A stretch of DNA of 63,938 nt, the filler included, from Raillietiella orientalis (taxonomy: Eukaryota): assembly GCA_036172245.1 (NCBI GenBank). It is 13 parts of 13 records of this genome, joined end to end, with 100 filler letters (N's around TTAATTAATTAA, not from the genome) between each part and the next. Parts side by side here need not be neighbours in the genome. Positions count along the whole stretch, not along the records: positions 1 to 5,345 come from JAYWIR010000323.1; positions 5,446 to 10,734 come from JAYWIR010000324.1; 11 more parts are not named here. The stretch is one strand, 5' to 3'. Below the pieces are notes generated by a model, which saw only the letters and a program-made list of their open reading frames with translations, made no database searches and was not told the origin of the DNA. Shown here one piece after another: positions 1 to 10,834 of this stretch. The translations under genes were made by a program, and so were the position numbers. Each line of letters begins with the position of its first letter. The first letter of the stretch is position 1.

Positions 1-2485
1 ACGCCTCGCGGCTCCTGCTCCCGGATGGAGCCCCGGCAATAGGGGAGGAGGAGAAGATCAGCCTCGGCGAGCCTTTTTCTACCGGTGAAATTCTCGCCGG
101 TATTAAAAGGCTCAAGAGGCGAAAGGCGCCAGGGAAGGACGGTATGCCTGCGGAATTCTTTCAATGTTTCGCAGCAGAGCTGGCACCCCTGGTGCTTCAG
201 TTGACCGGGCTGATCCGAGACGAAGGCGACGTTCCCGCCTCGTTTCGGTCAGCCCGTGTGAAGCTCCCCTCGAAAGGAGGAGACCTGAGATCCATGGGCA
301 ATTTGCGTCCGATCACAATCGTGAATACGGACGCCAAGCTGATCGCTGGACTGTGGGCTTCGTGTCTAGGACAGGTGGCAGACTCCATAATTAGCCCGGA
401 GCAGACGTACGCTGTTCCCGGGCGAAGTATGGATGCCAACCTCTTCTTCGCGAGCACATGGTTCCATGTGCAGCGCTGCCTGAACGACACAGGGGTAAAG
501 ATTGGCAACTTCACTTTGGGACCACCAGCTGGGCTAAAAATGGATACCCGGGCTGGGAAGGGAGCTCTAGCAATCGCGGTCGATCTCCACAAGGCGTTCG
601 ACTGCGTACACCAGGAGCTAATGTTGGAGCTCCTGGGTCGCATGGGCTTCCCACCTTTTCTTCTCTCCTACCTGCGCTCATGCTGGCGCAATGCCATCGT
701 CAACATCGTCTTTTCCAGCAAACAGGTGTACGGCGTGCCGGTGCGGCGGGGCATACGGCAGGGCGATAGCCTCAGTCCCCTGCTCTTCAGCACCTACTTT
801 GAGTTGGTGCTGAGAGCGTACAGGGTGTCTTTGGCTGCCCTGCCCAGCTCGTGCCCCGGCACGCCCGCCGTTGCAGCATACGCCGATGATCTTCTGCTCA
901 TGTTGCCCATGTCCGCCTCGGCAGAAGCAGTCGAGGATTTCTTCGACCTGCTAAGTCGTGGGACTGGACTTCGGGTAAACAAGGCGAAGTCGTCGGTCGT
1001 ACCAGTGGGTGCGACGTGGGTCGAACGGCTTGACTGGATCCGCTTGGGGATCCCCACGGCCAGGTACCTGAAGTACCTGGGTGTCCCGTTGGGGGACTTC
1101 TGCCTTGCAGAAGCCTGGTCAGGTCGTCTCCAGAAGGTAGAGTTGGCAATCGGCCCGTTCCTGGAAGGCAAGTTCCTTCTAGCGGAACGGGCCGCGGTGT
1201 GGAACGCCTTCGCGACTCCCATCCTCCGTTCCCTGCTTTTTGTGTGCAACGTCCCCCGTGACTTTAAAAAGAGGACCAAGGACCTACTCCGCATCGCCCT
1301 CTGGGGCAGCGGGAGGCCACGTGTGCCTCTAGATGACTAATGCGCTCCTCGTCGGGACGGCGGTCTCGGCCTCCTGACGCTGGAGCGCCTGGACATACAG
1401 CTGCGATGGCGCACTCTCGCCATCGCAGCGAAGTCATGGAGCACCCCTTGGTGCGTTTTGGCCCGCATCCTCGCCAGTTGTGTGTCCAGGACGCAAGGAC
1501 TCGCGTCGTACCTTCTGTGCTCTGGCAGGAAGGTCAGAAGATGCGGCCTTCTCCTTGGGCGCATGGAAGCCCTGGTGAGAGACAACGGCTGGCGGTATGC
1601 AGCCCCGTTAACTCCTCCGCCTGGCTGGAGGAATCCGTTGCGACGTGGGCCAAGCTGAACCTCCAGACTTCTCCGGACTGGAACCGCCTGCGATTCGGCC
1701 CCAACGCCTGCTGCACACTGCGGACTACTCTGGAGTGTCCCGCCAGGAGCACGTGAGCGGAGACTACCCCCCTAGCTTCGACCCTGCCCTTCCTACGAAG
1801 GGCTTTAACGAGCGGCCGCAAGCCAAAGTGGCAAGTCTCCTGCCGAATCGCAGGCAAGGAAAAGAAGATGAGCGGTTGGACCATGGGAGAACTGGCAGAT
1901 GCCACAACCCCGAGTGCCCTCCCGCGTGGACTTCGTAGATGGGGCGAGCTGCTTGGCATCCCGACGAATGACCTGAAGTGGCCCCCAATATTAATCGGAT
2001 CCAGGCTTCTCCCCCTTAAATGGCAAGAGTCGGCGCTGCTACTGTTGCACTGGGGTCTACCTTGCAACGCGCGCCGCTTCCACTGGACGCGGGGGAGTGT
2101 TAGGCCTGAGCGTGCCAGGTGTGGGAAGCGGGAATCGCTCCCCCACCTACTAGTGGACTGTGCTGCCCTGCGACCCCTGTGGGAACGGTTCGGGACGACC
2201 TGCGGGCTCCCAACGGGCAGCGCGCCGAGAGACGTTCTTCTGCCCCTCTTCGTGCGGGACGCCCTGCAGCCCGCCGCAGCCCTCGCAGCCCTCTGCTGCA
2301 TCCAAGGCATCGTGGCGGCATGGAGCGACATTCGCCACGAAGGAGTGGATGCCATCGTGAGGGATGTCATCCCGTTTGCGGTCTGCTTCATGCGGAGAGC
2401 AGCGAGATGGCCCCATCTGGGAAACATGAAGATGGACCTAGAGGGCATCCTGCGAAGGATGGACCCTCCTCTAAGTGGAACGTGT
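1..2485 (+). pseudogene. LINE ORF2 (reverse transcriptase + zinc knuckle), frameshifted
   Basis: Split over ORFs 144-1340, 1458-1658 and 1868-2548. By comparison with paralogs, the natural stop (TGA) reads TGT at ~2483-2485. Confidence 0.88.
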
Positions 2486-2698
2486 TCCCTTCCCCTCCCT
2501 CCAAACTCTTTTTTGTTTTCCTTATCTTTATTTTACTTTTTGTTTTGATCCCTATCCCCCTCCACTGCCGAGGAGCGTCACGCCGGGCTGCGTCCCGGCG
2601 TCCCGGTAGGTCCGGTGTTGTGTGGCTGTTAGTGGGGCCTCGTAACACGTTTATGTAGAGTTTTTTTAATAAACGCCCCGGGCGTACCCGGGTGAGAA
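1..2698 (+). mobile_element. GC-rich L1/Tx1-type LINE, 3' part (RT, C-terminal CCHC, 3' UTR)
   Basis: RT motifs KAPG.DG, RPIT, DLHKAFD, GIRQGDSLSP, YADD and KYLG; CARCG..ESLPHLLVDC zinc knuckle; T-rich 3' UTR; ends AATAAACG-hairpin-TGAGAA at 2698. Confidence 0.93.
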
Positions 2699-3587
2699 TC
2701 CCAAATCCCGCAGGTAGGCGATGCAGGGGGAACTGGTGGCAGAACTCCTGGACCGACCGCTTAAAGCGGTCCCAGTCCTGAAGTGTCTGCATCCTGTAGC
2801 TCCGAATAAACGCGCAAAGGTGCTTTGCCGCGTCGGGAAACTTCAGCCAGTCCCCTGGCAGACGCCACGCTGACGAGAAGGGGCCCTTGTCGCGCGGACG
2901 CACTTCGAACATGATCCGACCATGGTCCGACAGCTCGGATGGTACCTTGCCGCGCCTGCCCACCCGAGAGCATAGGTGCTGATCAAGGTACACGTGATCG
3001 ATGCTGCTTTCCATGGCCGTGTCCCCGGCCAACAAGTTGCGCGTGTTCATTTCTGCGCACAACTCGTTGACGCGGTCGTTCAGTGTATCCGGCGCACCTG
3101 AAAGCATGCGCAGGTTGAAATCTCCTGCGATCAGGTGCGCTTTGCGAGCTCCTGCATCGGTCAGCCAATCGCGTCTCAGGGCAAGGTAGAATTCCCTTCT
3201 TGCCTTCGCCCTCAACGCGTTGTTTCCGCTAGGAGCGTATAGGTTGGTGAGGACCAGGTCGATAGAGTCGGACTAGCTGAGAGTCAGCTGACCGACGCGA
3301 CCTGCGTCATCGAACCGAACGTTCTTTATTGCGGTCTCGATGGCTGGCCGAAGCAGGAAGGCGACACCGCTTGATTTCGCGTTGCCGCAACGCCACAACT
3401 GCCGTCCACCCGAGATCCATTCGATCTCCAGGGCTTGATCTGCGGAGATCACGTGAATCTCCTGCAGCAGCACCAGGTCGAAGGATGCCAGGGTGGCGGC
3501 CACGTCACGTTTCTTGCCGTCGTCGCTTAGCCCGTTCACGTTCCAACAGGCGATCAGAAGACGACGTCGAGAGGCGATTTCTGGCAT
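2699..3587 (-). pseudogene. LINE ORF2 APE endonuclease domain (one in-frame stop)
   Basis: Motifs WNVNG, LLQE, NLYAP, GDFN, IDH and SDH; TGG>TAG stop at 3273-3275. Confidence 0.9.
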
Positions 3588-5029
3588 TATGGCTGGGAAA
3601 GTGGCGTCGCGGCACCTGCCGCGGGGCAGGTGTAGGACAGGTCCATCGGTAGGAGGACGGAGGCCTCTTCAGGCGCCTGGGGTACCTGTTCGGCCTCCAT
3701 CCTCACCATCACCTCCGTGTCCAAGCGTGGAATTCTCTCGGGCGACGGGTCCCGGGAGTTTCCCACGCTCATGGCACCCTCGCTACCGGAAGCCATCTCT
3801 CCCCTTCGTCGGGAGAGACGATCTTCCGGGGCATTGTGGACTTTCGTCCTGCCTTTTTGCGGGGTGCCGTGGAAACGGAGGCTGCGCTTCCGGCCTCCAC
3901 CTCGGGATCGGAAGTGGCCGACTCCTGAGGGGAAGCCAGACGCCTGACGGCCTTCTTGCCAGCCTTGGGGGCAACCGTCTGCAACGAGGCAGCCAGCTCC
4001 TCCGCGGTGCGCTCGAAGGCGACGTCTGGCGTCCGGCTTCCCCTTCCGCTGACGGACGCCGCCGCCTCGCTCCCCTCCTTGTTGACTTTGTCAACGGAGG
4101 GTTGAGCAGGGGCAGCAGCGAGTTTTTTAGCGCCGCATTCGTCGATGGTGGGAATCCGCTCTACAACGACGCAGCAGCTTTTTGTTTTTTCGCGGCGCAG
4201 AGCGGTTTCGCTCCGTTTCGCCACGTTCTTTCCCTTCTTATGGGAGATTTTCTTAGGGTCCACCTTCTGCCACCCTGGCTCTTGACCCTTGCCCTCGACC
4301 TTTTCGGCGTTTTTCGGTGGGGTCTCGAGGCTGGCCTTCGCCTTGGTGGCGCAAGTGACCTCCTTAGCAGCAGCACGAGCTACCAGCTTTTTCCTCTTTT
4401 TAGCCGCGCGCTTTCTCGCGTTTATCGCCGACACGACGCGGACTGTGTTTTGGGGGCACACCAGACGGGTGTGCCCCGCTTGTTTGCATTGCTGGCACTG
4501 CACGCTCGGACACCTCATTTTAAGGTGATTAAAGCTGCTGCAGCAGACGCAAAACTTGGGTTTCCCCACGTACCACACGTCAGCGGATTCACCGTTGACG
4601 GTGAGTTTGTGGGGAACCTCACATCCCTCGCGAACCGTCACTCGCGCTGCACCCAGGCCGCCAAGCAGCCCGTCGTAATCGACAAAAGGAGTAGGCTTTC
4701 CCCACAGCGCGTGGACGGTTGCGAATTTTTCCAATTCGTTCCGGACGGCCTACTTCGTCATCCGGAACGTGATACCGGTCAGGTGAATGATCACCGACCG
4801 GTCTTCGGTAATTGGGAGAAGCCTCCGGCTGCCCATAATTACGGGGGTTCGCAGAAGTCTCTGCGCAAGAGTTGCCTCCTTGCAGATAACTTCCACAAAT
4901 TGACCCCCGCTTCTGACGGACATAACCAGAAGCTCCTCTTTCTGTACGCCGAAAACGCGCATCGCCTGTGAGAAAGCGCGCGCGTTCTCGGGAGAATATA
5001 GACCGCCTACCTTATATAGAAGGGCTGGG
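3587..5029 (-). pseudogene. LINE ORF1 (gag-like, 2 CCHC zinc knuckles), disrupted
   Basis: CVCCSSFNHLKMRC and CQQCKQAGHTRLVC knuckles and a K-rich tail; stop at 4750 and a frameshift near 3790. Confidence 0.85.
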
Positions 5030-5345
5030 TACAAGGCCAAGGCCGAGCGCCACGTCTGGCAGTCAGGAGCAGCTTGTCTGCTCGACGACCTGGGCCTGGA
5101 GTGCTCGGGCGCGGCCAAAGTTCGCCGACTCCTAAAGCGCTACTACTCCTCGTTGTATGCTAGGGAGCCCACGGAACGCCGTCTCTCGGAGCTGCTCCTG
5201 CAGGCGGATTCCCCAGCGGTCGACGAGGACGAACGCACTACACTTGACTTGCCCTTCACGGCGGAAGGAATGTCTTCCGCCATAGCGGGCCTCAAGAAGT
5301 GTTAAGCGACAGGTGAGGATGGTCTGCCTGTGGAGTTCTTCCAGT
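5030..5345 (+). pseudogene. LINE ORF2 fragment (EN-RT linker to RT start)
   Basis: Translates YKAKAERHVWQSGAACLLDD...YYSSLYA...GEDGLPVEFFQ, homologous to other ORF2 copies in the window. Confidence 0.85.
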
Positions 5346-5445
5346 NNNNNNNNNNNNNNNNNNNNNNNNNNNNNNNNNNNNNNNNNNNNTTAATTAATTA
5401 ANNNNNNNNNNNNNNNNNNNNNNNNNNNNNNNNNNNNNNNNNNNN
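5346..5445. other. Artificial contig linker N44-TTAATTAATTAA-N44 (first of 12)
   Basis: The same 100-nt six-frame-stop linker occurs at 5346-5445, 10735-10834, 16117-16216, 21494-21593, 26683-26782, 31745-31844, 36790-36889, 41808-41907, 46799-46898, 51771-51870, 56717-56816 and 61598-61697. Complete contig lengths fall monotonically from 5289 to 4781 bp, so neighbouring contigs are not biologically adjacent. Confidence 0.98.
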
Positions 5446-8400
5446 TGCCATGGAAGCATGTGTATCGAGGACATGGAGGGAATGGTTGATTGTCAAAATT
5501 TCCTAGAAAATACTGTGAATCGGTACTTATTACAATCTTTGTGAATTTCAGCAAAAAAATGTTTTTCGCATATCAGCTGTATGCAGAGCTTTGTGAAGAC
5601 AACGGCGACACTCCCTCCCTCAAAAGGAATGTAACCTCACCGAACCTCGCTTGCTTACTTAAGTTTAAACTTTATCATCGTCCAGCAGCTTGCTGAGACA
5701 GCTCGATTTTCGGATATTCTTGATTCAATGATTCCAATAAGATGTAAGCACACATCTGCCACAAGTCCTGCTAGCCAAACGGAAATAGGAACGATGTCAT
5801 GGTGCCAATCTAGTTAAATACAAGCAACAAAAAGCGGTTTCTTCTCCTGGTTTTCAATGATAGAAATTGTTTTCAAGAGGCATGGGCATTCGACCGCTCT
5901 TTGTTTCCAAATAACGTCCAGTCTGTTGCTGCTCCATATGTGCCATTGATATCAATAGCTGCTTCGCAAAATGAGATCAATGACACACTGTATCTGTTTG
6001 TGTGCTAAAAGTAACTTGGGTCTCAGTGCCATCCATTGAAAGAAAGGTGGGGAAAAATATTCCCGTTTATTGTAATGTCAAAGTCATCCGCATTCTGATA
6101 AAACGAAGCACGCATTTTTGAAATGCACATAAACTTGTTCGATTTCCTTCAACAGTTTCTGGTCACCACAAATTTTACGATGAACTTTACATCAACACTT
6201 CTCGAATTGCGTACATAGAATTCAAGTTGATTGGAATCTTATTTCTTCCTCAGCGTGCGCGAGAAATCAAAAAGCGTTATTCAAGTGTGCCAACAGAGTT
6301 TTCTCATAACAACAGTTATTAGTGGCGTTTAGCAGTCACTATGTTTAAGAATCACGTAGCATTTTGCGTTCCACGCAACTAATCCAATTTTGTTATCGTG
6401 TGCCTAGATGAATCCCATCGGAGAGTGAGGGTATTGGAAATCTGCAGAGTTTTCACCGAAAACGTCCTTTAGTTCGTTGTGTTTTGTTTCTGTGAATAAA
6501 TTCCGCAAACGAAGGAATGGAGAATCCACATTGGCATTTTTTTTCCTTTCCATGGAAACGATTCTCTGCAGAAAATAGTTACAAATTTGTCAAACAAAAA
6601 CATTACTGGTGTGTGTCGTCATTCTAAACTTAACAAGATCGTTGTGCAGCAGAGATTCGTAGTCTTGAGCTCCTATCAGCTTATCACAAATGCACTTAGC
6701 CACAAATGGTACGAACGGCATTTCAAGAAACTTGTAATTTGAAGTGACTTGGATTGCTTCGTTTGGTTGCAAGTAAGACGTGGTTCTCCAGCTAGCTGAG
6801 AGAGCAATCTGTTTTGATATTCTGCATTCGAGGTTCTAAAGAGCAGCAAACCAGATTGCAAACATCCACCTTGCGACCTGATCATCATTAAGAGTCACTG
6901 CAAGGTACGATTGAGCTCCTGACACACATGCATGTATTTATTTCCTTTGCATCTGAGGAAGCGGATTGTGGAGTGACAGTATCAACAGATCGCAGCGTTT
7001 TCAGATTCGTTGCAGTCGTTGAAACCTTGAATTGACTGTGTTCTATCACTTTCAAAAAGTTGACTAAAGGAAGAAGTCGCTATACACATGGTTTCTGCAA
7101 TAATTTGCATGCCAACGACTGTGGTTACAATGATAGGTAAAAAGGGATTTAAGGCAAACTTTCCATTTTAGAAATGTGACAAGTAGTAATCTCCAGTTTT
7201 CTGGTTGTAAGCAGCAATCATTTATAACAAGAAACTTAAGAGGAAATCCACGTATCGACTTCGGGAACACACTGAACTTTTCGAAGATTCTAACGGGAAA
7301 GGTTTTCCGTTTGCTCCAATTGAACTACAATAGGTTGTGCGCTTGCATCTCCATCAGGGTGACGAATATTTGAATGAGCGCCATGGAAATTTGTAACAAA
7401 ATTTGTTAACAAGCAACCTGCGACTGCAATGCAGTTCGCAGCAATTCTGCATGCCAAGTGTCTACACTTGAGTGTTTGAAACCAAAGAACCGAAGTACTA
7501 CTATTGTGCATGCATGGAAAGGAATAGAAATTAATTATGTCAGCACTCATCTCGCTACCACAATATTAGCAGTCGGCGGGAACTATAGTTCTCTGTTCGT
7601 GCTCATAACATGGTCCAATAATGTGAAGAAATAATGAGTCCTCTTGGTTCATTGACTGTTGCGTCACATTTTTTACTTTTCCCCTTGGTGCACATCCACG
7701 TTATTACATAGGGTTCAAACAGGTGTCAAACAATCAACCTTCCTGTTTCGCCTTCAAATCGCATTTCTGATTGCAAGAAATTCGTACTTACGCTGCTTGG
7801 GGGGCATCCTGCGCATTTCTCGTAGATACATTTAGGTTTTCTAACAATTTCCGACACACAGTGACCACTACATCTGTGAACAAATGGTCATAAAGAAAGT
7901 AATAAACGGACACATCACCCCTCGACATTGATCAAAAGAATAACTGAACTTGTGTGCAATTGGAACCAATTTGTCAGCATCAAATTTTTAGATTTGATGC
8001 AAATTCTGTTAGAAAGTGTTGCAAAGTATTGCTAAGTTCTCGAATCACTAGATCGTCGGAAGTTCCTCGCAACTACAACAACGTATGTAGTTGGTTCATC
8101 TGCCATGGAAGCATGTGTAACGAGGACATGGAGGGAATGGTTGATTGTCAAAATTTCCTAGGAAATACTGTGAATCGGTACTTATTACAATCTTTGTGAA
8201 TTTCAGCAAAGAAATCTTTTTCGCATATCAGCTGTATGCTGAGCTTTGTGAAGACAACGGCGACACTCCCTCACTCAAAAGGAATGTAACCTCACCGAAC
8301 CTAGCTTGCTTACTTAAGTTTAAACTTTATCATGGTCCAGCAGCTTGCTGAGACAGCTCGATTATCAAAGGTTCTTGATTCCATGACTCCAATAAGATGT

Positions 8401-10734
8401 AAGCACACATATGCCACAAGTCCTGCTAGCCGAACGGAAATAGGAACGATGTCATGGTGCCAATCTAGTTAAATACAAGCAACAAAAAGCGGTTTCTTCT
8501 CCTGGTTTTCAATGATAGAAATTGTTTTGAGGAGGCATGGGCATTCGACAGCTCTTTGGTTCCAAATTCCGTCCAGTCTGTTGCTGCTCCATATGTGCCA
8601 TTGATATCAATAGCTGCTTCGCAAAATGAGATCAATGACAAACTGTATTTTTTTGTGTGCTAAAAGTAACCTGGGTCTCAGTGCCATCCAATGAAAGAAA
8701 GGTGGGGAAAAATATTCCCGTTTATTGTAATTTCAAAGTCATCCGCATTCTGATAAAATGAAGCATGCATTTTTGAAATGCACATAAACTTGTTCGATTT
8801 CTTTCAACAGTTTCTGGTCACCACAAATTTTACGAAGAACTTTACATCAACACTTCTCGAATTGCGTACATAGAATTCAAGTTGATTGGTATCTTATTTC
8901 TTCCTCAGCGTGCGCGAGAATCCAAAAAGCGTTATTCAAGTGTGCCAACAGAGTCTCCTCATAACAACAGTTATTAGTGGCGTTTGGCAGTCACTATGTT
9001 TGGGAATCACGTAGCATTTTGCGTTCCACGCAAGTAATCCAATTTTGTTATCCTGTGCCTAGATGGACCCCATCGGAGAGTAAGGGTATTGGAAATCTGC
9101 AGAGTTTCCACCGAAAACGTCCTTTAGTTCGTTGAGTTTTGTTTCTGTGAATAAATTCCACAAACGATGGAATGGATAATCCACATTGGCATTTTTTTTC
9201 CTTTCCATGGAAACTATTCTTTGCAGAAAATAGTTACAAATTTGTCAGACAAAAACACTACTGGTGTGTGTCGTCATTCTAAACTTGACAAAATCGTTGT
9301 GCAGCAGAGATTCGTAGTCTTGAGCTCCTATCAGCTTATCGCAAATGCACTTAGCCACAAATGGTACGAACTGCATTTCACAAAACTTGTAATTTGAACT
9401 GACTTGGATTGCTTCGTTTGGTTGCAAGTAAGACGTGGTTCCCCAGCTAGCTGAGAGAGCAATCTGTTTTGATATTCTGCATTCGAGGTTCCAATGAGCA
9501 GCAAAACAGTTTGCAAACATTCACCTTGCGACCTGATCATGATTAAGAGTCACTGCAGGGTACGATTGAGCTCCTGACACACATGCATGTATTTATTTCC
9601 TTTGAATCTGAGGAAGCGGTTTGTGGAGAGACAGTATCAACAGATCGCAGCGTTTTCAGATTCGTTGCAGTCGTTGAAACCTTGAATTGACTGTGTTCTA
9701 TCACTTTAAAAAGTTGACTAAAGGAAGAAGTCGCTATACACATGGTTTTTGCATTAATTTGCATGCCAACGACTGTGGTTTCAATGATAGGTGAAAGGGG
9801 ATTTAAGGCTAACTTTCCATTATAGAAATGTGACAATTAGTAATCACCAGTTTTCTGGTTGTAAGCATGAATCATTTATAACACGAAACCTGGGAGGAAA
9901 TCCACGTATCGACTTCGGGAACACACTGAACTTTTCGAAGATTCTAACGGGAAAGGTTTTCCGTTTGCTCCAATTGAACTCCAATAGGTTGTGCGCTTGC
10001 ATCTCCATCAGGGTGACGAATATTTGAATAAGCGCCATGGAAATTTGTAACAAAATTTGTTAACAAGCAACCTGCGACTGCATTGCAGTTTGCAGGAATT
10101 CTCCATGCCACGTGTCTACACTTGAGTGTTTGAAACCAAAGAACCGAAGTACTACTATTGTGCATGCATCGAAAGGAATAGAAATTAATTATGTCAGCAC
10201 CCAGCTTGCTACCACATTATTAGCAGTCGGCGGGAACCACAGTTCTCTGTTCGTGCTCATAACATGGTCCAATAATGTGAAGAAATAAAGAGTTCTCTTG
10301 GTTCATTGACTGTTGCGTCACATTTTTTACTTTTCCCCTTGGTGCACATCCACGTTATTACATAGGGTTCACACAGGTGTCAAACAATCAACCTACCTGT
10401 TTCGCCTTCAAATCGCATTTCTGATTGCAAGAAATTCGTACTTACGCTGCTTGGGGAGCATCCTGCGCATTTCTCGTAGATACATTTAGGTTTTCTAACA
10501 ATTTCCGACACACAGTGACCACTACATCTGTGAACAAATGGTCATAAAGAAAGTAATAAACGGACACATCACCCCTGGACATTGATCAAAAGAATAACTG
10601 AACTTGTGTGCAATTGGAACCAATTTGTCAGCATCAAATTTTTAGATTTGATGCAAATTCTGTTAGAAAGTGTTGCAAAGTATTGCTAAGTTCTCGAATC
10701 ACTAGATCGTCGGAAGTTCCTCGCAACTACAACA
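5446..10734. repeat. ~2655-bp tandem repeat, two copies
   Basis: TGCCATGGAAGCATGTGTA starts at 5446 and 8101; paired ORFs are offset by 2655 or 2654 bp (5490/8145, 7954/10608). AT-rich, with no recognisable product. Confidence 0.95.
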
Positions 10735-10834
10735 NNNNNNNNNNNNNNNNNNNNNNNNNNNNNNNNNNNNNNNNNNNNTTAATTAATTAANNNNNNNNNN
10801 NNNNNNNNNNNNNNNNNNNNNNNNNNNNNNNNNN

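Larger units (their letters stand above)
2699..5029 (-). mobile_element. GC-rich L1/Tx1-type LINE, 5'-truncated ORF1 + endonuclease part of ORF2
   Basis: ORF1 with two CCHC knuckles, TAATG stop/start at 3589-3585, then an APE endonuclease. Interrupted at 2699 by the 3' end of the + strand element. Confidence 0.9.

Noticed and set aside
144..1340. Bacterial RT systems (group II intron, retron, DGR)
   Set aside because: The RTs are accompanied by an APE endonuclease, CCHC ORF1, C-terminal zinc knuckle and AATAAA, which is non-LTR retrotransposon architecture.
2560..2640. Ribozyme (hammerhead or HDV) in the 3' UTR
   Set aside because: I could not identify a CUGANGA/GAAA core or HDV pseudoknot by eye; it is reported only as a conserved hairpin.
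3493..4971. Long antisense ORFs (also 31892-32656, 59355-60518, 1534-2448, 43655-44512)
   Set aside because: These are shadow frames opposite GC-rich LINE ORFs with no recognisable motifs.
5390..5401. TTAATTAATTAA as a biological palindrome or TTAA target site
   Set aside because: It is always centred in N runs and is an artificial linker; ORFs ending in LIN or N at linkers are artefacts.
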